This document shows, one piece after another, positions 8,347-18,120 of a stretch of DNA of 42,308 nucleotides (position 1 is its first letter; each line of letters begins with the position of its first letter). A program made the translations under genes and the position numbers. The stretch spans positions 1 to 42,308 of the forward strand of contig CAXBQP010000026.1 in NCBI GenBank assembly GCA_963978095.1, given 5' to 3'. The DNA is from an uncultured bacterium (lineage in GTDB: Bacteria; Gemmatimonadota; Gemmatimonadetes; Gemmatimonadales; Gemmatimonadaceae). Under the pieces are notes generated by a model. It made no database searches. It worked only from the letters and a program-made list of their open reading frames with translations, and had not been told where the DNA came from.

Positions 8347-11310
8347 ATGCGGAGGGTGAGAATGGGTGGTCGCGGAATCTTCTGGTCTGTGCTGGTGGTC
8401 ATCGGTCTCGCACCTCGCGTGAATGGGGCGCAGCGTCCACGTCGTGAGGCGGCGGATGCGCCTCCGGCCGCCGGTTTCACGCAACTGCTCGGGCGACCGA
8501 CCGATCATGCCATCACGCTGAGCCTGCTCTCCGGCCGGCGAATCGACAGCTATGTGGAGTTTGGCATCAGCGCACAGGCGCTGACGCGGCGGACGCCGTC
8601 GCAGACGCTCACCGCTGGTGTCCCGCTCGAGGTCGAGTTGCGGGATCTCGACCCCGCGACGCGCTACTTCTATCGGGTCCGTACGCGCGATGGTGCAACC
8701 GGCGACTTCGCGGCGGGGGAACTGTACTCGTTTGTGACCGCCCGACGCTCCGGAAGCAGCTTCAGTTTCGCGCTGCAAGGCGACTCGCATCCGGAGCGCG
8801 CGGGGACGATGTACAGTGCGGACCTGTATCGCCGCACGATGACGCGCGTCGCCGCTGAACACCCGGATCTCTACTTCACGCTCGGTGACGATTTCTCGAT
8901 CGAACGCCTGATTTCGTCGCAGCAGCTCTCGCAGCCTGCCGTGGACCGGGTCTACGCCGATCAGCGGGAGTTCCTCGGCCAGATCGGTCGCGGCACTCCG
9001 CTCTTTCTCGTGAATGGCAATCACGAGGAGGCCGCGCGCTTCCTGCTCGACGGTACACCCACGAGCGCGCCGGTGCTCGCGGCGCGGGCGCGGAACGCGA
9101 TGTATCCCCTTCCTGCGCCCGGAGGGTTCTACACCGGAGACGAGGAGCAGGTGGAGCATGTGGGGCTCCTGCGCGATTACTACGCGTTCACGTGGGGCGA
9201 TGCGCTCTTCGTGGCCATTGATCCGTATTGGCATTCGCAGGTGATGGTCGACGCGCCGCCGGGTGGGGGTGGCGGCGGTCGAGGGGGACGCGGAAGGGGC
9301 GGTGGCGGCGGTGGTCGCGGGCGTGGGGGGAATGCCACGCGTGACGCACTCGCCGGACGAGGCGGTCCTGGTGATCCCACGCGCGATCGCTGGGCGGTGA
9401 CCTTGGGCGATGCCCAGTATGCCTGGCTCAAACGGACCCTTGAAGGGAGCACCGCGAAGTACAAGTTCGTGTTTGCGCATCATGTGATGGGAACAGGGCG
9501 CGGCGCCGTGGAAGAGGCGGATCTGTTCGAATGGGGCGGTCGCGACCGGAATGGCGCGGATCGCTTCAAGGAAAAGCGCCCGACGTGGGAGCTGCCCATC
9601 CATCAGCTCTTCGTGAAGACCGGGGTGACGATCTTCTTCCAGGGGCACGATCACCTGTTCGCCCGACAGGAGAAGGATGGGGTGATCTATCAGGAGACGC
9701 CGAATCCCGCGGACGACAGCTATCAGGCCTTCAATCGTGAGGCCTATCGGTCGGGCGACGTGCTCCCGAACGCGGGGCATCTCCGGGTGAACGTCACGCC
9801 GGACAGTGTACGGGTCGAATATGTGCGGTCATTCCTGTCCAAGGACGAATCACCGACGCAACAGGACGGCGCGGTGGCATTCGCCTACACGGTGCGGCCG
9901 CGCAGGGCCGTTCCGGCGCCTGCCCGCTCAGCGCCCCCTTCCGCGGACCAGCACGGCGCATTGCAACTGCGGAGTCGCTCCGCGCAAGGAGGTGTTCTGC
10001 CCGTCCGCTACACCTGCGACGGCGTGGGCCTCTCTCCCGCCCTCTCGTGGAGTGGCGCGCCTGCTGGCACCGTCGCGTACGCGATGCTCATGACCACGCA
10101 GCCACCGACGGGCGGACCGAAGTTCAACTGGTTGCTCTACGATATTCCCGCGACCACCACCACCATCCCCGAAGGGTCCACAGCGGTCGGGACCTTCGGA
10201 TTCGCCGACGACGGGGCGGGACGTGGCTATGCGCCCCCCTGTTCCAAAGGGCCGGGGCCCAAGCAGTACACCTTCACCCTTCATGCACTCTCGGCGCGTC
10301 CTGCACTCGGTGATCCATCACAGGTCCGTGTGACGGGGAGCGTGCTCGCCGAGTCGATCGCGGCACGTACGATTGCGACGGCGACGCTGACGTTGACGGC
10401 GACACGCGACGCTGCGATGACGAACTGCGGATACATCGTCCGCTCGCTCGAGTTCTATCGCGCGGAGAACGCCCTCGATGTCAGCTGCGAGGGCGGGGTC
10501 GCAGCGATCAGCAGTGACGGGATCCAATCCCGACATCCGATGATGAACGGGATCACCGCGACCAATCAGCAGGTGCCGATCCCGCAAGATTTCACCGGGG
10601 CCAACGCGTGGCATTTCCCGCTGACGCCGACTGTTGCCGCGACCAAGGTCGCCGCCGTCGATGGCCCGATCGGGATCGCGGTCAATGGCGTGCCGATCTT
10701 CAATCCCTGCAAACAAGGTGGTTGCGATCCGGTCACCGGACGGGGCGATACCAAGGTCGAGGGAGAGCTGGACCTCTGCAACGGGCACGCGGGGCGTGCG
10801 GACGACTATCACTATCATGCGGCACCACTCTGCATGATGCGCGACCAGGCGGCGGACTATTGGGACACGCACCCACTCGGCTGGGCCCTCGATGGCTACG
10901 CGATCTTCGGGTTCAACGGACCCAATGGTCGGCCGGCGGCGCGTGATGCGATGTGCGGGGGGAACACGGACGCGCATCCGAATGCGCCCGCCGGCTACGC
11001 GTATCATGTCACCGAGAAGAGTCCGTATGTGCTCAACTGTTTCTATGGGGATCCGAGTCCCGATCTCGCGCGGCAGGGGAGCAAGTATGCGCCGATCCGT
11101 CCGCCCGGGCGGCCGATGCGCATGAGCGACATGACGCTCGACGCGACCGCGGCGTCGCTCGCGGTTGGCGGCACGACGACGATGCATTGGAAAGTGCGCT
11201 CGACGACATATCAGGTGCGCTACACGCGGACGTCGGAACGATGCTGGACCTTCACTTTCCTGACCGACGAGGTGACGACCGGCTCGTCGAACTACTGTCG
11301 GCGGACCTAG
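8347..11310 (+). CDS. Secreted fusion: metallophosphoesterase + YbhB/YbcL (PEBP-like) + YHYH domain
   Basis: GDSH/LGDD/GNHE/AHH/GHDH motifs; then YTCDG..SP.LSW..P.GT...YAPPC..GPG..Y.FTL.AL (PEBP); then GPIGIAVNGVPIFNP...GHAGRADDYHYH...LGWALDGYAIFG (YHYH). Confidence 0.85.
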   Translation: MRRVRMGGRGIFWSVLVVIGLAPRVNGAQRPRREAADAPPAAGFTQLLGRPTDHAITLSLLSGRRIDSYVEFGISAQALTRRTPSQTLTAGVPLEVELRDLDPATRYFYRVRTRDGATGDFAAGELYSFVTARRSGSSFSFALQGDSHPERAGTMYSADLYRRTMTRVAAEHPDLYFTLGDDFSIERLISSQQLSQPAVDRVYADQREFLGQIGRGTPLFLVNGNHEEAARFLLDGTPTSAPVLAARARNAMYPLPAPGGFYTGDEEQVEHVGLLRDYYAFTWGDALFVAIDPYWHSQVMVDAPPGGGGGGRGGRGRGGGGGGRGRGGNATRDALAGRGGPGDPTRDRWAVTLGDAQYAWLKRTLEGSTAKYKFVFAHHVMGTGRGAVEEADLFEWGGRDRNGADRFKEKRPTWELPIHQLFVKTGVTIFFQGHDHLFARQEKDGVIYQETPNPADDSYQAFNREAYRSGDVLPNAGHLRVNVTPDSVRVEYVRSFLSKDESPTQQDGAVAFAYTVRPRRAVPAPARSAPPSADQHGALQLRSRSAQGGVLPVRYTCDGVGLSPALSWSGAPAGTVAYAMLMTTQPPTGGPKFNWLLYDIPATTTTIPEGSTAVGTFGFADDGAGRGYAPPCSKGPGPKQYTFTLHALSARPALGDPSQVRVTGSVLAESIAARTIATATLTLTATRDAAMTNCGYIVRSLEFYRAENALDVSCEGGVAAISSDGIQSRHPMMNGITATNQQVPIPQDFTGANAWHFPLTPTVAATKVAAVDGPIGIAVNGVPIFNPCKQGGCDPVTGRGDTKVEGELDLCNGHAGRADDYHYHAAPLCMMRDQAADYWDTHPLGWALDGYAIFGFNGPNGRPAARDAMCGGNTDAHPNAPAGYAYHVTEKSPYVLNCFYGDPSPDLARQGSKYAPIRPPGRPMRMSDMTLDATAASLAVGGTTTMHWKVRSTTYQVRYTRTSERCWTFTFLTDEVTTGSSNYCRRT

Positions 11311-11313
11311 CGC

Positions 11314-11586
11314 TCACGCCAGAAAGCGCCGCGCCACCTGCTCGAGTCGATCATCACCCGACCGCTCCGCGTCGACGCGAATCGCCTCGACGAACCGCTT
11401 CAACTTCGGCTCCCCCCAGTAGTAGCCGGTCGCCCGTTCGGCGAGCTGCGTTTCATTGACGCGCGCGGCTTCGAGGAGCGCCTTGGCCGCCGCCTGGTCG
11501 TAGCCGGGGTCGTCGCGCCCGGGGAGATCGTAGAAGCGCCGCGGCATCTCGCCTTCGGCGTCGTCTCTGAGGAATGCTCGGGACAT
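11314..11586 (-). CDS. Small hypothetical protein (90 aa)
   Basis: ATG start, protein-like composition, fills the gap between genes; upstream TGnTAAATT -10-like element. Confidence 0.7.
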   Translation of the reverse strand: MSRAFLRDDAEGEMPRRFYDLPGRDDPGYDQAAAKALLEAARVNETQLAERATGYYWGEPKLKRFVEAIRVDAERSGDDRLEQVARRFLA

Positions 11587-11610
11587 GGGTCGGGAAAAAG
11601 GAGACGTGGC

Positions 11611-11621
11611 AATTTACCACA
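11611..11621 (-). promoter_or_regulatory. Putative extended -10 element (TGTGGTAAATT) upstream of the 90-aa gene
   Basis: TG-n-TAnnnT match 25 nt upstream of ATG 11586. Confidence 0.35.
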
Positions 11622-11749
11622 GTGTCCCCTCGAGGAGACGGTCGCCGTGCGTCGCGTGCATCCGCGTGCGACCCGCGTGCGACCCGCAAGAAAATCGCCC
11701 GGCTCGGACGCATCGTCCGAGTCGGGCGATTCCCCGCGCACCTGAGCGG

Positions 11750-14700
11750 TTAGCGATCGTCGTCCTGGAAGGGCAATCCGCTGCCGCCGGTGCCGTTCGC
11801 CCGTTCAACGCGCATCACCTGCTTGTACGTCTTCCCATCGACGACGATGCTCACGAGATAATCTCCCGGCGCCACCGACGCCGCCCCGCGCCCGCCGGCG
11901 AAGGCGCCAACCCCACCGCGCCCTGCCAGCGACCGGAACAATGTCATCAACTGATTCTGATCCGGCGGCGCGGCTGCGGCCGCGCCCTCACCCGCCGGAG
12001 CCCCCGCCGGAGGACCACCGGCACGCCCCGCCGCCGACTCGCCCGGACGCTCATTCCACACCGGCGGACCACCAGCACGCCCGGCCGCACCACCACCCGC
12101 GAAGGCTCCCATCATCTGTGTGGCGAAGCCCATGATCCCTTCCGGACTCTTGAGCGCCGCGCGCACCTGATCGAGCATCGGCTTGGGCATGGCGTTCTCC
12201 TTCTCCAACGAATCGAGCGTCGCAAGCGTACGGCGCGCCTGCAGTACCGAGTCGCGCAGCGCCGCCGGCGAGAGGGGCTCGCTCTTCAGTGCTTTGCCGC
12301 GGTAGTTCCATACCACACGGTTGATCCCCGCGGTGCGCGGGCCGCTCAACGTGGTGAGCGTGTCACCCGATGCGTCCTGGATGACGACCTTCACCGGCGC
12401 CGCCGCCGCCGCATTCAATCGATAGTAGATCGCACCGCCGTATGCGGGGCTCTGCCCCTGGAACAGCTTGTGTCCGCTGCTCTCGCCGTTGTACGCCCTC
12501 TCCCCCCACTGATACTGCACGGGGCTCTTGAACAGCGTCGCGCTCGCGGCGAGGGTCTTCTCGTCCATCTGCTGCAGCGCGGCGATATCGACGATCCAGA
12601 TGCTGCGTCCGTGCGTCGCCGCGATCAGCTCCCCATCGCGCGGATGGATCTGCAGATCGTGCACCGGCGTGCTCGGCAGCCCCACCATGAACTTCTGCCA
12701 GCTCTTCCCCTTGTTGAGCGACACATACGCGCCAAGATCGGTGCCCACGAACAACAGATTCGGGTTCCTGGTGTCCTCGCGGATCACGTGTACGAAGTCC
12801 GCGCTTCCCGTGGGAAGATTGTTGACGATGCTCGTGAAGCTCTTGCCGCCGTCGGTCGTCGCGTAGACGTACGGCGTGAAGTCGTTGTTGCGGTGGTTGT
12901 CGAAGGTCACCCAGAAGGTGTTCTCGTCGAAGTGCGAGAGTTCGGCGCGCGAGACGTACGTTCCCACCGGAACACCCTTGAAGCGGCTCGTGAGTTCTTC
13001 CCACGCGCCGCCGTCGTTCTTCGTCATCCACACCCGCCCGTCGTCGGTGCCGGCGACGAGATGCCCGGCCTTCAACGGCGATTCGTTAAGCGTCACGATC
13101 GTCGCGTAGGTCTCGGCGCCGGTGGCATCGACCGTGATGCCACCGGTGGTCTGCATCGAGATGCGGATCTTGGTGGTGTCGCGATACGAGAGGTCGGGGG
13201 AAATGAAGAACATGTCATCCCCCGCCTTGGTGGACTTCAGCACGCGGTTCGACCCGAAGTACATGGTCTGCGGGTTGTGGTGCGAGATGAAGTACGGAGT
13301 GTTCCAGTTCCAGCGCAGATCCATGTCGATCGAGTCGCGCTTCTGCGAGGCCTTGAGCGCGTCCTGCCGGGCCTTCTGCTCCTTCGTCATCGGCTTGGTC
13401 GTGTCGGGACGGTCCACGACGATCGAGTCCTCCCACTGCAGATACCTGTTGCGCCACGCCGGCTTCTGCAGCGCCGTGCGCTCGCCGGTGCTGATCACGT
13501 AGCGGCCGATCGCGCCCCCCTGCGATTCGCCGAAGATGATGTCCGGGTTGGTCGGGTCCATCGCCGTCACGAACCCGTCGCCACCGTTGTACGTGAACCA
13601 CATCGCGTTGGTGATCGGGCCGGCCTTCCGCTTGCTCGGGCCGCACCAGCTGCCGTTGTCCTGCGCGCCGGCGCAGACATTGTACGGCACCGACATGTCG
13701 AAACTCACCGAGTAGAACTGGCCGATGGCCAGCTGATTCATGACATCATAGTTGCCGCCACCGTCCCAGCTCTGCGCGACCCCGCCGTCGTCGCCGACGA
13801 TCAGGTGGCTCGGATCCTTCGGATCGATCCACATCGCATGGTGATCCACGTGCACGTCGTTCGTGGCGTTCTTGGCGGTCTTGCCACCGTCATCCGAGAA
13901 CTTCACCGGGGTGCTGCTCCAGTATACGCGGTCCGGGTTGGTCGGATGCACCCGCACCTGCGAGTAGTAGAACGGACGGGTGTTCTCGTCGTTCGTCTTC
14001 ACCCACGTCTTGCCGCCGTCCGCCGAGCGGTAGAGCCCGCTCGGGGATTTCTGCGCCTTGACCTTGGGATCCTTCTTGGCGTTCGGCGCGGTGTCCGCCT
14101 CGACCATCGTGTACATGATGTCCGGGTTCGACAGGGAGATGGCGATCCCGATGCGCCCCTTCAACGTCTCCGGGAAGCCGCCCCCCTTCACCTCGGACCA
14201 GGTCGCGCCGGCGTCGGTGCTCTTCCAGAGCGCCGAGCCCGGACCACCGGAGTTCAGGAAGTACGGACCGCGCACCCGCTCATAGCTCGACGCCCAGACG
14301 ACGTTCGGATCGCGCGGATCCAGCGCGACATCGACGAACCCCGCCTTGTTGCTCACGAACTTCACGAGCTTCCAGCTCTGCCCACCATCGGTGGTCTTGT
14401 AGAGCCCGCGTTCCGGGTTCGGTCCCCACGCATGACCGAGCGCGGCCACATATACCGTGTTCGGGTCCTTGGGGTGCACCACAATGCGCCCGATGTGCTG
14501 CGTCTCCTGCAGCCCCATCATCTTCCACGTCTTGCCGCCGTCGGTGCTCTTGAACAGCCCGCCGCCCGGGGAGATCGTGTTGCGCGAGTTCGGCTCACCG
14601 GTGCCGAAGTACACCGTGTTGGTGTCACTCGGCGCGATCGCGAGCTGGCCGCCCGAGGCCACACGCTCGTTGTCGAGCACCGGGCGGAAGGTGGTGCCGG

Positions 14701-14929
14701 CGTTGGTCGTCTTGAAGACGCCACCCGCGGCCGTGCTCACATAGAACGTGCGCGACGGCCACGGGATGCCCGCGATATCCGTGACGCGCCCCTGGAAGTT
14801 GGCGGGGCCGATGTTGCGCCAGCGGAAGTGCTGGAGCGAGGCGGAGTCGAGCTGCTGCGCGGCGAGCGGTGCGGCCAAGAGCAGGAGGAGCGACGCCGAG
14901 GGGAGGAGCGTGCGGAAGCGCATGGGCAC
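11750..14929 (-). CDS. Secreted VPS10/BNR repeat beta-propeller protein (glycosyl-hydrolase-like)
   Basis: Signal peptide, WRNIGPANFQGRVTDI, many KSTDGGKTW Asp-boxes, VHVDHHAMWIDP, ATHGRSIW. Confidence 0.88.
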   Translation of the reverse strand: MPMRFRTLLPSASLLLLLAAPLAAQQLDSASLQHFRWRNIGPANFQGRVTDIAGIPWPSRTFYVSTAAGGVFKTTNAGTTFRPVLDNERVASGGQLAIAPSDTNTVYFGTGEPNSRNTISPGGGLFKSTDGGKTWKMMGLQETQHIGRIVVHPKDPNTVYVAALGHAWGPNPERGLYKTTDGGQSWKLVKFVSNKAGFVDVALDPRDPNVVWASSYERVRGPYFLNSGGPGSALWKSTDAGATWSEVKGGGFPETLKGRIGIAISLSNPDIMYTMVEADTAPNAKKDPKVKAQKSPSGLYRSADGGKTWVKTNDENTRPFYYSQVRVHPTNPDRVYWSSTPVKFSDDGGKTAKNATNDVHVDHHAMWIDPKDPSHLIVGDDGGVAQSWDGGGNYDVMNQLAIGQFYSVSFDMSVPYNVCAGAQDNGSWCGPSKRKAGPITNAMWFTYNGGDGFVTAMDPTNPDIIFGESQGGAIGRYVISTGERTALQKPAWRNRYLQWEDSIVVDRPDTTKPMTKEQKARQDALKASQKRDSIDMDLRWNWNTPYFISHHNPQTMYFGSNRVLKSTKAGDDMFFISPDLSYRDTTKIRISMQTTGGITVDATGAETYATIVTLNESPLKAGHLVAGTDDGRVWMTKNDGGAWEELTSRFKGVPVGTYVSRAELSHFDENTFWVTFDNHRNNDFTPYVYATTDGGKSFTSIVNNLPTGSADFVHVIREDTRNPNLLFVGTDLGAYVSLNKGKSWQKFMVGLPSTPVHDLQIHPRDGELIAATHGRSIWIVDIAALQQMDEKTLAASATLFKSPVQYQWGERAYNGESSGHKLFQGQSPAYGGAIYYRLNAAAAAPVKVVIQDASGDTLTTLSGPRTAGINRVVWNYRGKALKSEPLSPAALRDSVLQARRTLATLDSLEKENAMPKPMLDQVRAALKSPEGIMGFATQMMGAFAGGGAAGRAGGPPVWNERPGESAAGRAGGPPAGAPAGEGAAAAAPPDQNQLMTLFRSLAGRGGVGAFAGGRGAASVAPGDYLVSIVVDGKTYKQVMRVERANGTGGSGLPFQDDDR

Positions 14930-14974
14930 GAGGGGGAGAGGACGGTTGAACCGGCGAACACTGAATTGTAGCGA

Positions 14975-15011
14975 AGCAGCCCCCGCGTCGGAGGGCGACG
15001 CGGGGGCTGCT
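14975..15011 (-). terminator. Intrinsic-terminator-like hairpin after the S9 peptidase
   Basis: Perfect 16-bp inverted repeat agcagcccccgcgtcg/cgacgcgggggctgct with a 5-nt loop, 24 nt after the stop; only a short U-tract. Confidence 0.6.
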
Positions 15012-15034
15012 GTCGTGCGGGGACTGCGAGCGAG

Positions 15035-17458
15035 TTACTTCGCCGGCCCACCCTTCAGCAGCCAGTAGTCGAACCACTGCCGGATCCGTCCGAGGCGGTC
15101 CACCAGCAGCCAAGGCTCGCCCGAGCGCGAGAGCTCGTGCGTCGAGCGCGGATAGCGCACGAACTCCGCCGGCACCCCCTGCGCCTTGAGTGCCATGTAC
15201 CAGAGGTCGGCGTTCCCCATCGGCGTGCGCCAGTCGTCCTCGCTCTGCACAAGCAGGGTGGGGGTCTTCACGTTCTTCACATGGCGGATCGGCGAGAGCG
15301 TGTCGTACATCGCCTGATTCTCCCACGGACGGCCGAAGAACTCGCCGTTGGTGAGACTCTGCACGTCCGACGCGCCCCACCAGTAGGTCCAGTCGGAGAT
15401 CATGCGGTCGGTCTCCGCGGCCTTGAATCGGGTGGTCTTGGTGGTGACCCACGCCGTCATGAAGCCACCGTACGAGCCACCGGTGACCCCCATCTTGGTG
15501 GAGTCCACGTCCGCCCGCGCCGCCGCGATGTCCACCGCCTTCATCAGGTCGATGTAGTCCTTGCCACCCCAATCACCACGGCTCGCGTTGGTGAACGCGC
15601 CGTTCGTGCCGCTCGACCCGCGCGGGTTCGTGTAGAGCACGAACACCCCGCCGCCGGCCAAGCTCTGGAACTCGTCGAACCACCCTTCGTTGTACTGCGA
15701 GTGTGGGCCGCCGTGGATGTACAGCACCACCGGATACTTCTTCCCCGGCTGGTAGCCGTACGGCTTCATCAGCCACCCTTCGATCTCCAAGTTGTCGACC
15801 GACTTGTACACGATCCGCTCGGCGTCGGAGAAGGCGACCTCCTTCTGCAGCGCATCATTGAAGCTCGTGAGCCGACGCTCGTTCTGCCCGTTGATGTCGG
15901 ACACGTAGTACTCCGGCAGGTGCGTCACATCGCTGGAGGTATAGACGAGCTTCGACTGCGCCTTGTCCATCACCAGATCGGCGATCACGCGACGTCCGCC
16001 GAGGATCGGGGTGACCTGTTTGGTGGCGGGGTCCACCTGCCAGAGTCCGGCGCTGCCGCCGGTCGTGGTGACCATGCGGATCTTGCCGTCCTTGAACCAC
16101 TCGATCTGTCCCGGTTCGTACTTCCAGCCGCCCAGGATGTCGACCGGCTTTCCACCGTCAACGGAGGCGAGGAGCAAGCGCGAGCTCGAGAACTGCCCGG
16201 GGCGTCCGACGAAGGCCAGCTGCTTGCTGTCGGCCGACCAGATGATGTTGGTCTCGCTACCGAAATAATCGATCTTCTTCGGCTTGCATGCGGCCGCATC
16301 CCCCGCTTCGCACGCGGCGACGGGAAGAATGTAGAGATCGGTGTCGTTGCGGTCGGCGTCGTCGCGCACATGGTTGGGCGGGAGCTTGGCCACGGAATCA
16401 CGCTCACGCGCCACGAGCGAATCGGAGCGGAGATTCTTGTCCGCGCTGAACACCACGTACTTGCCGTCGGGCGAGACACTCGGCGCGACGTGCGTGTAGT
16501 TCGTGCTGGTGATCGCCTTGCGGTCGCCCGAGCCGCGCTGGATGAACAGCTGCACCGGTGCGGTGCCGGCAGGCGGCAGGAAGGAGCCCCGTCCGCCACG
16601 TCCACCGCCGGCGGCCTGTGCCGCGGCGATCGGGTCGGCGGTCGCGCCGCGTCCCGTCGAGGGAATGAAGCCCGCGTCGTTGGAGCGGGTACGCTCGTCG
16701 ATGAAGTGCTTGCCATCGAAGCGGATCGGATTCACCGGCTTGGTGATCGAGCCCTGCGGCGGGCGTGCGAGCGGGAGCATCTTCGCGTAGGGATCCGCGT
16801 TCGGGATCGCCGTCGGATCAGCGGGGGCGTCGGTGCCCGGTGCGGCCGCGCCACCGGCGCGACCACGCCCACCACCGTTGCCGCCACGTCCGCCGCCATT
16901 CCCGCCACCGCCGTTGCCGGCGAAGATCGAGAAGCTCTTGTCCGCAGGCTGCGCAGCGGCGTTTCCGCCACCGAACCCGCCGCGTCCGCCCGCCGCACCA
17001 CCACGCCCAGCGGCACCACCAGCGGCACTTCCAGCAGCGCCCTCGACGGCAAAGGCTTCGCCCCCTTCATCCATGCGCACCGCCCATGCAGTGCCTCGGC
17101 TTCCCGGGCGCTGTGACGTGAAATAGAGCGTCTTGCCGTCATCCGACCAGCGCGGCGCGGCGCTCTCAAAGGCAGGCGCGGTCATGCGGCGCGCGGCGCC
17201 ACCGGCTACCGGCTGAATCCACACTTCGGTGTGGCGCGCATTCTTGTCCTCGAGCACCGTCGTGACAGTGAAGGCCAAGGTGTTGCCGTCGGGCGACAGA
17301 ACCCCGGCGCCAACGCGCTGGATCTTGTACCAGTCCTCAGGCGTGAAGGCGCGGCCGCCGGACTGCGCCGCGAGCGGCGCGAGCGGCGCGCCAGCAATCA
17401 GCAGCAGTGCGCCGACACGCAGGGCGACATCGTGGACGGAACGAGGGAAGTGGATCAC
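15035..17458 (-). CDS. S9 family (prolyl oligopeptidase/acylaminoacyl peptidase-like) serine peptidase, secreted
   Basis: IHGGPH, NPRGS, nucleophile GGSYGG, acid D in EDDWRTP, His in STHELSRSG; propeller repeats (SPDG); signal peptide. Confidence 0.92.
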   Translation of the reverse strand: MIHFPRSVHDVALRVGALLLIAGAPLAPLAAQSGGRAFTPEDWYKIQRVGAGVLSPDGNTLAFTVTTVLEDKNARHTEVWIQPVAGGAARRMTAPAFESAAPRWSDDGKTLYFTSQRPGSRGTAWAVRMDEGGEAFAVEGAAGSAAGGAAGRGGAAGGRGGFGGGNAAAQPADKSFSIFAGNGGGGNGGGRGGNGGGRGRAGGAAAPGTDAPADPTAIPNADPYAKMLPLARPPQGSITKPVNPIRFDGKHFIDERTRSNDAGFIPSTGRGATADPIAAAQAAGGGRGGRGSFLPPAGTAPVQLFIQRGSGDRKAITSTNYTHVAPSVSPDGKYVVFSADKNLRSDSLVARERDSVAKLPPNHVRDDADRNDTDLYILPVAACEAGDAAACKPKKIDYFGSETNIIWSADSKQLAFVGRPGQFSSSRLLLASVDGGKPVDILGGWKYEPGQIEWFKDGKIRMVTTTGGSAGLWQVDPATKQVTPILGGRRVIADLVMDKAQSKLVYTSSDVTHLPEYYVSDINGQNERRLTSFNDALQKEVAFSDAERIVYKSVDNLEIEGWLMKPYGYQPGKKYPVVLYIHGGPHSQYNEGWFDEFQSLAGGGVFVLYTNPRGSSGTNGAFTNASRGDWGGKDYIDLMKAVDIAAARADVDSTKMGVTGGSYGGFMTAWVTTKTTRFKAAETDRMISDWTYWWGASDVQSLTNGEFFGRPWENQAMYDTLSPIRHVKNVKTPTLLVQSEDDWRTPMGNADLWYMALKAQGVPAEFVRYPRSTHELSRSGEPWLLVDRLGRIRQWFDYWLLKGGPAK

Positions 17459-17549
17459 CGGGGAAATCTCCAGAGCTGGTGGTGGGTCAACGACAGAGTA
17501 CGCGCGTGGCGGCGGGGATGCTCAAGGTGTGGAGGCACCGGGGAAGCGT

Positions 17550-18107
17550 TCAACGGGTCCGGTATGAGGCGCGGCAGGCATCGCTCTGGGATGTGATCGG
17601 CGCCTTGAATTCCAATATTTTCGATACATTTAGGAAACATTGTAAAGCCACTAACACGACAATTACGGTCTTCGTGAGCCAAATACTGGTATCGGACACT
17701 CTCCGGCGTGCGTACCACCACCCCGCCAGCACCATCGGTACCTCGAGGGCGACATCGGCAAGTGGGTACCGGTAGAAATCAGCGCCGATGAACGGAGCGC
17801 CGGGCCAGAACACCTTGCTGCCGGTGACGAAGTCGAGCGGGAGATGGAGCGCGATCAGCAGCGTGGAGGCGAGGGCGACCCGCCGATCCCGCGTCACGGC
17901 CCAGCAGATCGCGGCTGCCAGGGGCGCTTGGAGCGCGAGCGCGGGGATCGCGTGTGAATACAGGCCGTAGGGACTGCAGACCCTGGCGAGCGCAAGCCCC
18001 ACGTCGACGATGTCGGGCGCCAGCGCGGCCCCGAACAACCAGAGCAACCGCCGTTCCTTGAGCGAGGCGCCGGCGCCGTAGGCAAGCGCGAGATGTCCCG
18101 TGATCAC
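17550..18107 (-). CDS. Membrane-bound metal-dependent hydrolase-like protein (YdjM-like)
   Basis: GH at the N-terminus, APDIVD, YSH, LHLPLD motifs; hydrophobic. Confidence 0.65.
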   Translation of the reverse strand: MITGHLALAYGAGASLKERRLLWLFGAALAPDIVDVGLALARVCSPYGLYSHAIPALALQAPLAAAICWAVTRDRRVALASTLLIALHLPLDFVTGSKVFWPGAPFIGADFYRYPLADVALEVPMVLAGWWYARRRVSDTSIWLTKTVIVVLVALQCFLNVSKILEFKAPITSQSDACRASYRTR

Positions 18108-18120
18108 GCGCGCATCGGCG

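Noticed and set aside
11652..11687. Short imperfect tandem repeat (ccgcgtgcgac, about 3 copies)
   Set aside because: Too short and GC-rich, with no spacers; not CRISPR or a recognisable REP.
11585..17116. 1128-aa and 659-aa plus-strand ORFs
   Set aside because: Antisense shadows of the VPS10 and S9 peptidase genes, expected in high-GC DNA.
17605..17690. DGR variable-region interpretation of the AT-rich patch
   Set aside because: No reverse transcriptase or template repeat seen in the window, and the host gene is not a typical DGR target.
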